The translations under genes were made by a program, and so were the position numbers. DNA of 64,000 nucleotides from Eledone cirrhosa (Eukaryota). The stretch spans positions 50,964,001-51,028,000 of the forward strand of contig OZ024746.1 in assembly GCA_964016885.1 (NCBI GenBank). The letters are read 5' to 3'. Below are positions 13,128 through 25,917 of this stretch, in pieces. How positions within the stretch are numbered: position 1 is the first letter of the stretch; every line of letters begins with the position of its first letter. The notes beneath the pieces were generated by a model, which saw only the letters and a program-made list of their open reading frames with translations, was not told the origin of the DNA and did not search any database.

Positions 13128-13323
13128 ATAATTGTTTCTACTTTTGGCACAAGGCCAGCAATTATGCCAGTGTATTACTGGTACTTTATTTTATCGACCC
13201 CATAAGGATGAAAGGCAAAGTTAACCTCGGCGGGATTTGAACTCAGACCATAAAGAGACATAACTCTTTTTTGCTGCAAAGCATGGCGTCCGACCCTCTC
13301 CCGATACTGCCAATCCACCACCT
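13128..13323 (-). mobile_element. SINE family A, full length
   Basis: AATTGTTTCTACTTTTGGCACAAGGCC...GCCAATCCAC, flanked by a TTAATAATT(A/C)TTAATAAT duplication. Confidence 0.85.
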
Positions 13324-13486
13324 TTAATAATTCTTAATAATGTGCAATGGCCATACTCGATGACGAAGGGGCAGCCATCATATATATATGTATGTATATA
13401 TTTATATATATTGTGAACAAGAAAGTTGACTAGACACTTTCTTGTTCACAAGTGCTTTTTTTTAGGCATCATATCATGTTACCTTA

Positions 13487-13553
13487 TTTTATCTGATGAG
13501 AAAGCAACTATCGTCCCAGGATGATATTTGTTTTTGAAATGTGCATAATAAAA
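13487..13553 (+). ncRNA. Type I hammerhead motif
   Basis: ttttat-CTGATGA-gaaagcaa...tttgttttt-GAAA-tgtgca-TA-ataaaa. Confidence 0.72.
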
Positions 13554-13584
13554 TATATGGAACTTTTTTAACCATCTTTTAATT

Positions 13585-13644
<60 letters not shown>

Positions 13645-13749
13645 CTTTCGGTTTGTTGGTTCACCTTTTTCTTTGACGGAGAGGTGGTAGTGCATTATAA
13701 GCCTTTGCCCCCTCACCAGATGTTCATTCGTAGATTCAGTTGCCACCAC

Positions 13750-14063
<314 letters not shown>

Positions 14064-14193
14064 TACAGTTCGCATGTAGCTGTCGAAACGGCTGGAGCTC
14101 AGGCTTCGGGGTCCTGAATCTTTTCATACATATATACATATATATACGTTAATCTCTATCTCGTTCTCGCTCTTTCACTCTCTCTCTCTGACG

Positions 14194-14272
<79 letters not shown>

Positions 14273-14529
14273 ATGGATGCAATAAAAACCTGTTAGACCA
14301 TTACTGACCAGAGTACTCGATATTTGTGGTAGTAGAGTGTGGTAATATGGCTCCTGCCGTTTCAACAGCTTGTTCCGAACTAGCTGTTGAAACGGCAGGA
14401 CTTCTTCATATTATATATCTATGTATGTATGTGTATATATCAATATCAATATATATTATATATAAAAGAAAATTTTCGCTCTACATGGCTGAATACAATA
14501 AATGTAATCTGAGTTTTTCGAATATTAAT

Positions 14530-14700
14530 AATTGTTTCTACTTTTGGCACAAGGCCATCAATTACCCAGTACATTACTGGTACTTTATTTTATCGACCCC
14601 GTAAGGATGAAAGACAAAGTTAACCTCGGCGGGATTTGAACTCAGATCGTAAAGGGACGTAACTACGCTGGAAAGCATGTCCGACCTGTCTACCAATACT
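14530..14700 (-). mobile_element. SINE family A with TSD GAATATTAATAA
   Basis: Matches the other family A copies. Duplication at 14520 and 14701. Confidence 0.85.
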
Positions 14701-14717
14701 GAATATTAATAATAACA

Positions 14718-14793
14718 TTCGATTCGTTTGCAATTATGCAAACAAGCCTCAATTTTATTTGAGGCTTGTTTGCATAATTGCAAACGAATCGAA
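14718..14793. repeat. Perfect hairpin with 35-bp arms
   Basis: TTCGATTCGTTTGCAATTATGCAAACAAGCCTCAA-ttttat-TTGAGGCTTG...GAATCGAA. Confidence 0.92.
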
Positions 14794-15494
14794 ATTCGAA
14801 AAACTCAGATTACAATATATAAATATACACTTTACTGAATTCATTCGCTTATTATAGGGTTCCCTCCCTTGCTGACTCCATGTGCGTTTAGTAACGGGTT
14901 GGGAGTCTCTATATTTCTGAACGTAATGCCTGTTGAGAAAGCAGCTTCCTCGTTCATCTCTTTACCAGAAGTCAAATATAATTTTTATGTGGGCCGACGG
15001 TAATTGATTATGGAACTGCAGAAACCCATAAAGCTAGATTTTAACATCTTTCTAGCGGGTCCGGGTAAGGTTTTACATTCATTTAATTTATTAATTTATT
15101 AATTCATTATTTGTTTGACCCGAATTTTCCTGGTCGTTTTTTCGGCTGTGGGAATGATTTTAAACATGGTCTCTATGTGTTGGTATTTTAACGATAGTTA
15201 TAGCTCTGGTTTACCCAAACTATTGAGCCCTCTGCCACACATTTCGAAGATTGTGTTTCGTGATTTCGTGGGCTGAGATTTCGATTCTCGATTATTTATT
15301 TATATATATATATATGAAAAGTTTTCAGGACCCCGACGTTCCGGTCATTTCGGCAACTAGATCCGAACTAGCTGTTGAAACGGCAGGAGCTCAGCCATCG
15401 TGGCCCCGACTCCTTCATATTACCCACTCTACTACCCCAAGTATCGAGTACTCTAGTAGGTTATGCTCCACCTGTTTATTTTTACCACATGCTA

Positions 15495-15547
<53 letters not shown>

Positions 15548-15552
<5 letters not shown>

Positions 15553-16392
15553 GAATAATCGAGAATCGGAAAAACAGCTCACGAATTAACGATAAACAAT
15601 ATCCGATATGTGTGGCAGAGGGCTCAATAATTTGGATAAATCAGAGCTATAACCATCGTTAAATTACCAACACATAGAGATTATGCCTAAAATCACCCGT
15701 ACAGCCGAAAAAGAACGACCAGGAAGATTCAGGTCACTCAAATAAAATATCAATAAATCAATAAATTAAATGAATGTAAAAAACTTACCCGGACCCGCTA
15801 GAAGGGTGTTAAATCTAGCTTCTTGGGTTTCTGCAATTCCTTAATCCATTCACTATCAGCCCACATAAAAAATATATAAGACTTCTAGAGAAGGACTGGA
15901 CGCGGAAGAGCTTTCTCAACGGGTTCCGTCCGATAATAAAGAAGGGACCCTTAGCCAGAAACGCACATGGTACCCAGCAAGGGAGATAACCTCTATATTA
16001 GCGAAAGATTTCGGTAATGTGCAAATTATGTAAGAATACAAAATATCACATATCGAATCAGAGTGCTCAACAGACATGTTAAAATAAACAGGAGCTATTC
16101 ATCAGTCAATAAGATCGACAAAAAATAATCAATAAAATTAACTGGTCAATAGCTAAGGTCTAGAGCTAAATATAGTAGAATAATCGAGAATCGGAAAAAC
16201 AGCTCATGAATTAACGATAAATAATATCCGATATGTGTGGCAGAAGGCTCAATAATTTGGATAAATCAGAGCTATAACCATCGTTAAATTACCAACACAT
16301 AGAGATTATGCCTAAAATCACCCGTACAGCCGAAAAAGAACGACCAGGAAGATTCGGGTCACTCAAATAAAATATCAAAAAATCAATAAATT
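15548..16392. mobile_element. Non-coding 625-bp unit with ~220-bp direct terminal repeats between (TA)n tracts; diverged inverted copy at ~14825-15295
   Basis: TAGTAGAATAATCGAGAATCGG occurs at 15548 and 16173. Confidence 0.75.
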
Positions 16393-16451
16393 AATATATA
16401 TATATATATATAAATTACACAATAATCAAAGTTATGTTCAAATCATTTTAT

Positions 16452-16498
16452 TGCTGACAATCGTTTCTTCCAAACTTTCGTTTGGAATCATCGGAGCA
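16452..16498 (-). ncRNA. Hammerhead motif with a core variant (CCGATGA)
   Basis: Minus strand: tgct-CCGATGA-ttccaaacgaaagtttggaa-GAAAC-gatt-GTC-agca. Confidence 0.6.
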
Positions 16499-16769
16499 CT
16501 AGCAATGTTTGTACATATAGTTAACCGCCTATTCAACTGAACAATCATATAGATACATGGATATTAATGCTGTCAACAACATTGTGCTGAGAATGGACAA
16601 TAAACAGAGACACGTGTATCGAACCCCAACCCTCTGTCTTACAATGTATCCCTGCTAGCATTTGTATCAGCTGTTAAGAAATATCGTAGTAATATTCTGT
16701 TTGATATTTTGGGACAGTAACTATAACACTAATTTCAAGCAAGCAAAGAATGATGACTGCACTAGTGAT

Positions 16770-16813
<44 letters not shown>

Positions 16814-16967
16814 GATATTGTATAATGGCCCTATAATTAGACGAAATAAATTGTCGTTATTTTACATCCTAGGTGTTGATTGTATAATTAAGCCTATATA
16901 AGTAAGATAGTAAGATAGTGTCGAAAGGACAGAAAAATCGTGTATACTCAGAATATACGTCCATTCA

Positions 16968-17032
<65 letters not shown>

Positions 17033-17078
17033 AAAATAACAGGAGGCTGGACTTGTGTAAATCCTTGAAAGGTTTATT

Positions 17079-17136
17079 ATACTATGATCATTTCACTGAC
17101 CGGGTTCCGTATGAATCCGGTGATATCATCAGGTAT
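17079..17136 (-). ncRNA. Type I hammerhead motif
   Basis: Minus strand: atac-CTGATGA-tatcaccgg...ccggtcagt-GAAA-tgatca-TA-gtat. Confidence 0.7.
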
Positions 17137-17241
17137 TCGAAATATAATAAATGAATGTAACAGATAAAATCCATGGGGCTGAAAATCATACACCCGAGGA
17201 CGACCGACCATCTAGCATCTTCCACTTTAGCCGGTCGCCCT

Positions 17242-17281
<40 letters not shown>

Positions 17282-17285
<4 letters not shown>

Positions 17286-17469
17286 TTGTTTCTACTTTTG
17301 GCACAAGACCAGCAATTAACCAGTACATTACTGGTACTTTATTTTATCGACCCCGTAAGGATGAAAGGCAAAGTTGACCTCGGCGGGATTTGGACTCAGA
17401 ATGGAAAGGGCCGTAACTCTATGCGTCAAAGCATGACGTCCGACCCTCTACCGATACTGCCAATCCACT
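17282..17469 (-). mobile_element. SINE family A
   Basis: Matches the other family A copies. Confidence 0.85.
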
Positions 17470-17861
17470 AGTGCAGTCATCATTCTTTGCTTGAAATTAG
17501 TGTTATACTTACTGTCCCAAAATATCAAACAGAATATTACTACGATATTTCTTAACAGCTGATACAAATGCTAGCAGGGCAGGAAGACATTGTAAGACAG
17601 AGGGTTGGGGTTCGATACACGTCTCTCTGTTTATTGTCCATTCTCAGCACAATGTTTTGTAATTGCATATTCTATGTTGAGAATAGTAGCAATATTTATA
17701 TTTTATAAATGCATTAATAAAGACATACAAATGCATACACACACACACACACATATATATATATGCATATTCATACATATATATGTAAATACATATGTAT
17801 GAATATATATATATATAAATCTCTCACACACACATACACACACACACATACACACACACAC

Positions 17862-17917
<56 letters not shown>

Positions 17918-17925
17918 TCATACAT

Positions 17926-17992
<67 letters not shown>

Positions 17993-18329
17993 AAAAAAAA
18001 AAAATATATATATGCAGAAACACAAATATTCACATACCTACCTACACACACGTCTCAGAGAAGTATAAATCAGTTTGTGAGTGAATAGCTTCGGTATCTT
18101 TGATGTCGGTGATCAATCGAGTGTGACATCCGTTAGTTTGTCTGATTGTCTATTGATCAGATTTCACTACGACAACAACGACTACAACAACAACAGCAAC
18201 AACAATAATACCAATAATAAAAGCAACAATATCAAAAACAACAACATCGACAACAACAACGATAACAAACGATGTCACCAGTAATAACAATATTTAGTGC
18301 AATAACAACATTGATAATAACTTCCATAA

Positions 18330-18542
18330 TGATTTCTAGTACAGGCACAAGGCCAGTAATTTGGACAGGGAAAAGGCGATTAAATCGAACCAGTGCATTA
18401 CTGGTACTTTATTTTATAGACCCCGTAAGGATAAAAGGCAAAGTTAACCTCGGCAGGATTTGAACTCAGACCATAAAGGGCCGTAACTCTTTGCTGCAAA
18501 TCATGGCGTCTGACCCTCTACCGATACTGCCAAACCCACCGG
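18330..18542 (-). mobile_element. SINE family A variant within AAC-rich sequence
   Basis: GGCACAAGGCCAG...CTGGTACTTTATTTTAT...GGATTTGAACTCAG. Confidence 0.8.
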
Positions 18543-18714
18543 CATTTAACAATAATGATCATTGTAACAACATCTACTTTAACACCAACAACAATAACAC
18601 CGACTGTAACAACATCATCATCAATAACAACAATAACATCAACTGTAATAGCAACAATAATAAATCTACTGTATTAACAGGAACAACTATTACAATAACT
18701 ACAATAACAACACC

Positions 18715-19140
18715 AACTCTCGGGTTTCCAATTATAAGCGGGTTAGAATAAGCGCGGGTGGGGCTTGGAATAAGCAGGGGCTAGGGTGAGGAGGGGTGAG
18801 GTGGGGTATAGAATAAGTGTTGGGGTGGGTCGGTAACTTTTGTTGGTTGTCTCCGATGATTTACAAAAAAAAAGAAACAGAATTAGTCGTTTAGTTTACA
18901 TATTGAGACCCCAACCTATCCTATTTTATAACCTATCGGATTTCTAGTAATGTACCTTTTTTCACGTATATAATGTTTTTTAATGTATAAAGAAAATAAA
19001 AATAAAATTTCGCCGGAGATAGATGAGCAAAATTTAGTAAGAGGGGTGGGTGGGGTTGGAATAAGTGCGGGGTGTGTGAAAGAAATCTGAAAAATTAATA
19101 AGCGGGGGAGGGGGGACTATTATTCCAGACCCCAGTGTAT
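18715..19140. repeat. Dispersed repeat, possibly a non-autonomous DNA transposon; partial copy at 5590-5815
   Basis: Shared AGAATTAGTCGTTTAGTTTACATATTGAGACCC... sequence, with weak terminal inverted similarity. Confidence 0.55.
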
Positions 19141-19182
19141 TGTAATATTAAATTGCTATCCTTTTACTTAACTTAGAAAGTA

Positions 19183-19740
19183 AAGGTAATGGATTGGTAG
19201 AATCGTTAGAGCATCGCAGAAAATGCTTTGCGGTATTTCTTTCGGTGCTTAATGTTGTGTGTTCAAATCCCAGCGAGGTGGGCTTTGTCTTTCATCTGTC
19301 CGGGGTCGATAAAATAAAGCATCAGTCAAGTATTGGGATCGATTTAATCAACTTTCCTCCCCCAACACAAATTGCTGACCATGTACCTATATCAGAGGTA
19401 GAGAGTCGGACGCCATGCTTTGTATCATAGAGTTACGCCCCTTTATGATCTGAGTTCAAATCCCGCCGAGGTTAACTTTGCCTTTCATCCTTACGGGGTC
19501 GATAAAATAAAGTACCAGTAATGCACTGGGCAATTGCTGGCCTTGTGCCAAAAGTAGAAACAATTATTTTAAATGGGTAATGGATCGGCTCTTAACGTTC
19601 TGAGTTCAAATCCTACCGACGTTAACTTTGCCTTGAAACATCTTGGAGTCGATAAAATAGAGTATCGATCAAGTACTAGGATCGATTTAATCGGTTTCCT
19701 CTCCTCATAAATTTACTAGCCTTGTCCTTAAACTAGAAAT
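19183..19740 (+). mobile_element. Three tandem SINE family A-related copies
   Basis: GTTCAAATCC B boxes at ~19261, 19454 and 19604, each followed by GTCGATAAAATA. Confidence 0.8.
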
Positions 19741-19758
19741 CTTTAATACTAGTTAATA

Positions 19759-20430
19759 CAGAGGTTCTCCAAGTTTTTTACCCCCCCCCCCTCACGGCCA
19801 CGTAATACCCTCAGCGTCCACACCCCTTTTTCCAGAGAGACCTGCCTACACGCAAATTGTAAATAATATATAATAAATAAAATCGCTAATTTATATATAA
19901 TAAATAATATATAATAAATAAAATCGTTAATTTATGTATAATAAATAATTGTTTCTACTTTAGGTACAAGGCCAGCAATTACCCAGTGCATTACTGGTAC
20001 TTTATTTTATCGACCCCGTAAGGATGAGAGGCAAAGTCAACCTCGGCGAGATTTGAACTCAGATCGTAAAGGTACGTAACTATGCTGGAAAGCATGGCGT
20101 CCGACCCTCTACCGATACTGCCAATCCACCGCCCTTTATGTATAATAAATAATATATGCTATAATATATACTAATATAAATATATATTATATATTTCTTA
20201 TTTTACTCAATTTATATATAATTGTTTCTACTTTTGGCACAAGGCCAGCAATTACCCAAGTGCGTGACTGGTACTTTATTTTATCGATCCTGTAAGGATG
20301 AAAGGCAAATTTAACCTCGGTGGGATTTGAACTCATACCATAAAGGGTCGTAACTCTATGCTGTAAAGCATGGCGTCCGACCTTCTACTGATACTGCATG
20401 TAGCATTTGATATACTATTATATCATCTCT
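19759..20430 (-). mobile_element. Second hAT MITE copy interrupted by two family A SINEs (19947-20134, 20220-20398)
   Basis: Starts CAGAGGTTCTC, and internal blocks are reverse complements of 2580-2740. 19-bp SINE TSD TTTATGTATAATAAATAAT at 19931 and 20135. Confidence 0.75.
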
Positions 20431-20751
20431 TTATGTTCTTCCCTCCATAACTCTTATGAACACTCGACCGTAGTCCGGGGTAATTATCTTGTATTTTTTT
20501 AGGGACTCCACGGTGGCGTATGAGAGTATCTTGAGATGTATATATATCGATCGACTTTTGTCACATCGGACCGATTAAACAATGTTTTCGTCGGTTTTTC
20601 CAGTTGCTAGTACTATCAATCGGTCGCAACTCCAAGTAGAAGACCCAGTCCTGGAATCGAACACACAACCTCAATTCTCTAACCACTCAGCCACACGCCT
20701 TCACACTCGGATGCTCTGTTGTTAAGATACTCAATTACTAATTTGTTACGG

Positions 20752-21010
20752 GTAGCGGCCAGATTAGTGGTAAGGGTGTTGGACCTACGATCATAATGTC
20801 GTGGGTTCGATTCCTGGATTGCGTGTTGTGTTCTTGAGCAAAGCACTTCATTTCACGTTGCTCCACTACTCAGCTGAAAATGACTACCAGCAATAGCTGA
20901 GGGTTTAACCCTGCGATGGACTGGCGTCCTGTCTAGTGAGGAGTCTTGTACACTCAGTTGCTTCACGCCATGAAACCGGGATAAGCACTGGCCAAATGAG
21001 CCTTCTGGTT
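20752..21010 (+). mobile_element. tRNA-derived SINE with a V/Meta-like central core
   Basis: TAGTGGTAAG A box, GGTTCGATTCC B box, CCCTGCGATGGACTGGCGTCC and GAAACCGGGATAAGC motifs. Confidence 0.7.
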
Positions 21011-21239
21011 TTAGACAGATTTTAGACTTTTAACGACCAGATTAGAAAATCTGGATGTGAATGAAGACATCTCACTCCCTCCGATACTTTAGGCGTCCAC
21101 CTTCGACAAGTGGTAGCCCGCATTTAGACCGACCTCCATGCGGTGTTACGCATTTATTACAATTTTATATTAACATTTGTTCGTTACTAATCTTTATCTA
21201 TATTTTTTATTAGGTATTATTTCACACGCACAAGGGGGT

Positions 21240-21401
21240 GTCCACTGGACTGATGCAAATGATTAAAAAATACAGATTTGAACAAAATAGACCGACAGTA
21301 GCCAGTGGGACCGTCTGTATACACATCCTATGAACGGGGCCTGTGGGGAACCTCCCACGTTAAATTTAAAGGAAAAGGTAACTTATTGATATATATCTAA
21401 A
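21240..21401 (+). mobile_element. Candidate 3' UTR remnant of an R2-type retrotransposon
   Basis: Non-rDNA unique sequence ending ...ATCTAAA joined precisely to TAGCCAAATG. Positional evidence only. No R2 ORF was recognised and the left boundary is arbitrary. Confidence 0.4.
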
Positions 21402-21510
21402 TAGCCAAATGCCTCGTCATCTAATTAATGACGCGCATGAACGGATCAACGAGATTCCCACTGTCCCTATCTTCTGTCTAGCAAAACCACAGCCAAGGGA
21501 ACGAGCTTGG
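21402..21510 (+). pseudogene. 28S rRNA fragment beginning at the R2 insertion site (lead-in plus first monomer)
   Basis: TAGCCAAATGCCTCGTCATCTAATTAATGACGCGCATGAACGGATCAACGAGATTCCCAC is near-identical to conserved 28S sequence immediately 3' of AAGG^TAGC. The expected upstream 28S (GACTCTCTTAAGG) is absent. Confidence 0.93.
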
Positions 21511-22106
21511 ACGGATCAACGAGATTGCCACTGTCCTTATCTACTGTCTAGCGAAACCACAGCCAAGGGAACGAGCTTGGGTTGATCAACGAGATTGCCA
21601 CTGTCCCTATCTTCTGTCTAACGAAACCACAGCCAAGCGAACGGGCTTGGACGGATCAACGAAATTACCTCTGTCCCGATCTACTGTCTTGCGAAACCAC
21701 AGCCAAGGGAATGAGCTTGGACGGATCAACGAGATTGCCACTGTCCATATCTACTGTCTAGAGAAACCACAGCCAAGGGAACGGGCTTGGACGGATCAAA
21801 GAGATTGCCACTGTCCCTATCTACTGTCTAGCGAAACCACAGCCAAGGAAACGGGCTTGGACGGATCAACGAGATTCCCACTGTCCATATCTACTGTCTA
21901 GCGAAACCACAGCCAGGGGAACGGGCTTGGACGGATCAACGAGATTCCCACTGTCCCTATCTACTGTCTAGCGAAACCACAACCAAGGGAACGAGCTTGC
22001 AAGGATCAACGAGATTGACACTGTCCCTATCTACTGTCTAGCGAAACCACAACCAAGGGAACGAGCTTGGACGGATTAACGAGATAGCCACTGTCCCTAT
22101 CTACTG

Positions 22107-22140
<34 letters not shown>

Positions 22141-22875
22141 GTGGATCAACGAGATTGCCACTGTCCCTATCTACTGTCTAGCGAAACCACAGCCAGGGGA
22201 ACGGGCTTGGGCGGATCAACGAGATTGCCACTGTCGCTATCTACAGTCTAGCGAAATCACAGCCAAGGGAACGGGCTTGGACGGATCAACGAGATTGCCA
22301 CTGTCCCTATCTGCTGTCTAGCTACACCACAGCCAAGGCAACCGGCTTGGACGGATCAACGAGATTGCCACTGTCCCTATCTACTGTCTAGAGAAATGAC
22401 AGCCAACGGAATGGGCTTGGACGGATCAACGAGATTGCCACTGTCCCTATCTACTGTCTAGCGAAACCACAGCAAGGGGAACAGTCTTGGACGGATCAAC
22501 GTGATTGCCACTGTCCCTATCTACAGTCTAGGGAAACCACAGCCAAGGGAAGGAACTTGGACGGATCAACGAGATTGCCACTGTCCCTATCTACTGTCTA
22601 GCGAAACCACAGCCAAGGGAACGAGCTTGGTTGATCAACGAGATTGCCACTGTCCCTATCTTCTGTCTAGCGAAACCACAGCCAAGCTAACGGGCTTGGA
22701 CGGATCAACGAGATTGCCTCTGTCCCTATCTACTGTCTTGCGAAACCACAGCCAAGGGAATGAGCTTGGACGGATCAACGAGATGGCCACTGTCTCTATC
22801 TACGGTCTAGCGAAACCACAGCCAAGGAAACGGGCTTGGACGGATCAACGAGATTCCCACTGTCCATATCTACTG

Positions 22876-22910
<35 letters not shown>

Positions 22911-24469
22911 CGGATCAACGAGTTTCCCACTGTCCCTATCTACTGTCTAGCGAAACCACAGCCAAGGGAACGAGCTTGCAAGGATCAACGAGATTGCCAC
23001 TGTCCCTATCTACTGTCTAGCGAAACCACAGCCAAGGGTACGAGGTTGGACGGATCAACGAGATTGCCACTGTCCCTATCGACTGTCTAGCGAAACCACA
23101 GCCAAGGGAACGAGCCTGGGTTGATCAACGAGTTTGCCACTGTCCCTATCTTCTGACTAGCGAAACCACAGCCAAACTAACGTGCTTGGACGGATCAACG
23201 AGACTGCCTCTGTCCATATCTACTTTCTTGCGAAATCACAGACAAGGAACCAGCTTGGACGGATCAACGAGATTGCCACTGTCCCTATCTACTGTCTAGC
23301 GAAATCACAGCCAAGGGAACAGGCTTGGACGGATCAACGAGATTGCCACTGTCCCTATCGACTGTCTAGTGAAAACACAGTCAAGGGAACGGTGTTGGGT
23401 GGATCAACGAGATTCCCACTGTCCCTATCTACTGTCTAGCAAAACTACAGCCTAGGCAACTGGCTTGGACGGATCAACGAGACTGCCACTGTCCCTATTT
23501 TCTGTCTAGTGAAACCACAGCCAAGCTAACGGGCTTGGACGGATCAACGAGATTGCCACTGTCCATATCTACTGTCTAGCGAAACCACAGCCAAGGAAAC
23601 GGGCTTGGACGGATCAACGAGATTGCCACTGTCGCTATCTACTGTCTAGCGAAACCACAGCCAAGGGAACGGGTTTGGGTGGATCAACGAGAATGCCACT
23701 GTCTCTATCTACTGTCTAGCGAAACCACAGCCAGGGGAACTGGCTTGGGCGGATCAACGAGATTGCCACTGTCCCTATCTACAGTCTCGCGAAATCACAG
23801 CTAAGGGAACAGGCTTGGACGGATCAACGAGATTGCCACTGTCCCTATCGACTGTCTAGTGAAAACACAGTGAAGGGAACGGTCTTGGGTGGATCAACGA
23901 GATTGCCACTGTCCCTATCTACTGTCTAGCAAAACCACAGCGAAGGGAACTGGCTTGGACGGATCAACGAGATTGCCACTGTCCCTATCTAGTGTCTAGC
24001 GAAACCACAGCCAAGGCAACTGGCTTGGACGGATCAACGAGATTGCCACTGTCCCTATCTACTGTCTAGCGAAACGACAGCCAACGGAACGGGCTTGGAC
24101 GGATCAACAAGATTGCCACTGTCCCTATCTACTGTCTAGCGAAACCACAGCAAAGGGAACGGTCTTGGACGGATCAACGTGATTGCCACTGTCCCTATCT
24201 ACTGTCTAGGGAAACCACAGCCAAGGGAACGGGCTTGGGTGGATCGACGAGATTGCCACTGTCCCTATCTACTGTCTAGCGAAACCACAGCAAAGGGAAT
24301 GAGCCTGGGTGGATCAACGAGATTGTCATTGTCCCTATCTACTGTCTAGCGAAACCACAGCCAAGGGAACGAGGTTAGACGGATCAAGGAGATGGCCACT
24401 GTCCCTATCTTCTGTCTAGCGAAACCACAGACAAGGGAACAAGATGGACGGATCAACGAGATTGCCACT

Positions 24470-24693
24470 GTCCCTATCTACTGTCTAGCGAAACTACAGC
24501 CAAGGGAACGGGCTTGGACGGATCAACGAGTTTTCCACTGTCCCTATCTTCTGTCTAGCGAAACCACAGCCAAGCTAACGGGCTTGGACGGATCAACGAG
24601 ATTGCCTCTGTCCCTATCTACTGTCTTGCGAAACCACAGCCAAGGGAATGAGCTTGGACGGATCAACGAGATAGCCACTGTCTCTATCTACTG

Positions 24694-24728
<35 letters not shown>

Positions 24729-25184
24729 CGGATCAACGAGTTTCCCACTGTCCCTATCTACTGTCTAGCGAAACCACAGCCAAGGGAACGAGCTTGGAAG
24801 GATCAACGAAGATTGCCACTGTCCCTATCTACTGTCTAGCGAAACCACAGCCAAGGGTACGTGGTTGGACGGATCAACGAGATTGCCACTGTCCCTATCT
24901 ACTGTCTAGCGAAACCACAGCCAAGGGAACGAGCTTGGGTTGATCAACGAGTTTGCCACTGTCCCTATCTTCTGACTAGGGAAACCACAGCCAAACTAAC
25001 GGGCTTGGACGGATCAACGAGATTGCCTCTGTCCCTATCTACTGTCTTGCGAAACCACAGCCAAGGGAATGAGCTTGGACGGATCAACGAGATGGCCACT
25101 GTGTCTATCTACGGTCTAGCGAAACCACAGCCAAGGAAACGGGCTTGGACGGATCAACGAGATTCCCACTGTCCATATCTACTG

Positions 25185-25219
<35 letters not shown>

Positions 25220-25883
25220 CGGATCAACGAGTTTCCCACTGTCCCTATCAAATGTCTAGCGAAACCACAGCCAAGGGAACGAGCTTGGAAGGATCAACGA
25301 GATTGCCACTGTCCCTATCTACTGTCTAGCGAAACCACATCGAAGGGTACGAGGTTGGACGGATCAACGAGATTGCCACTGTCCCTATCGACTGTCTAGC
25401 GAAACCACAGCCAAGGGAACGAGCCTGGGTTGATCAACGAGTTTGCCACTGTCCCTATCTTCGGACTAGCGAAACCACAGCCAAACTAACGGGCTTAGAC
25501 GGATCAACGAGACTGCCACTATCCATATCTACTTTCTTGCGAAACCACAGACAAGGAACCAGCTTGGACGGATCAACGAGATTGCCACTGTCCCTATCTA
25601 CTGTCTAGCGAAATCACAGCCAAGGGAACAGGCTTGGACGGATCAACGAGATTGTCACTGTCCCTATCGACTGTCTAGTGAAAACACAGTCAAGGGAACG
25701 GTGTTGGGTGGATCAACGAGATTCCCACTGTCCCTATCTACTGTCTAGCAAAACTACAGCCTAGGCAACTGGCTTGGACGGATCAACGAGACTGCCACTG
25801 TCCCTATCTACTGTCTAGCGAAACGACAGCCAACGGAACGGGCTTGGACGGATCAACGAGATTGCCAATGTCCCTATTTTCTG

Positions 25884-25917
<34 letters not shown>

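Larger units (their letters stand above)
16578..17655. repeat. Inverted repeat (16578-16767 / 17467-17655)
   Basis: Arms of ~190 bp enclose (TA)n, a pLTR-like copy and a SINE. Confidence 0.85.

Noticed and set aside
20752-20820. Genuine tRNA gene (also 8030-8105 and 20645-20705)
   Set aside because: A/B boxes are present but there is no complete cloverleaf, and two of the three continue into SINE bodies.
21375-21380. AAGGTA as the upstream half of the R2 target
   Set aside because: Only 6 bp, and the preceding 28S context GACTCTCTT is absent, so it is compatible with chance.
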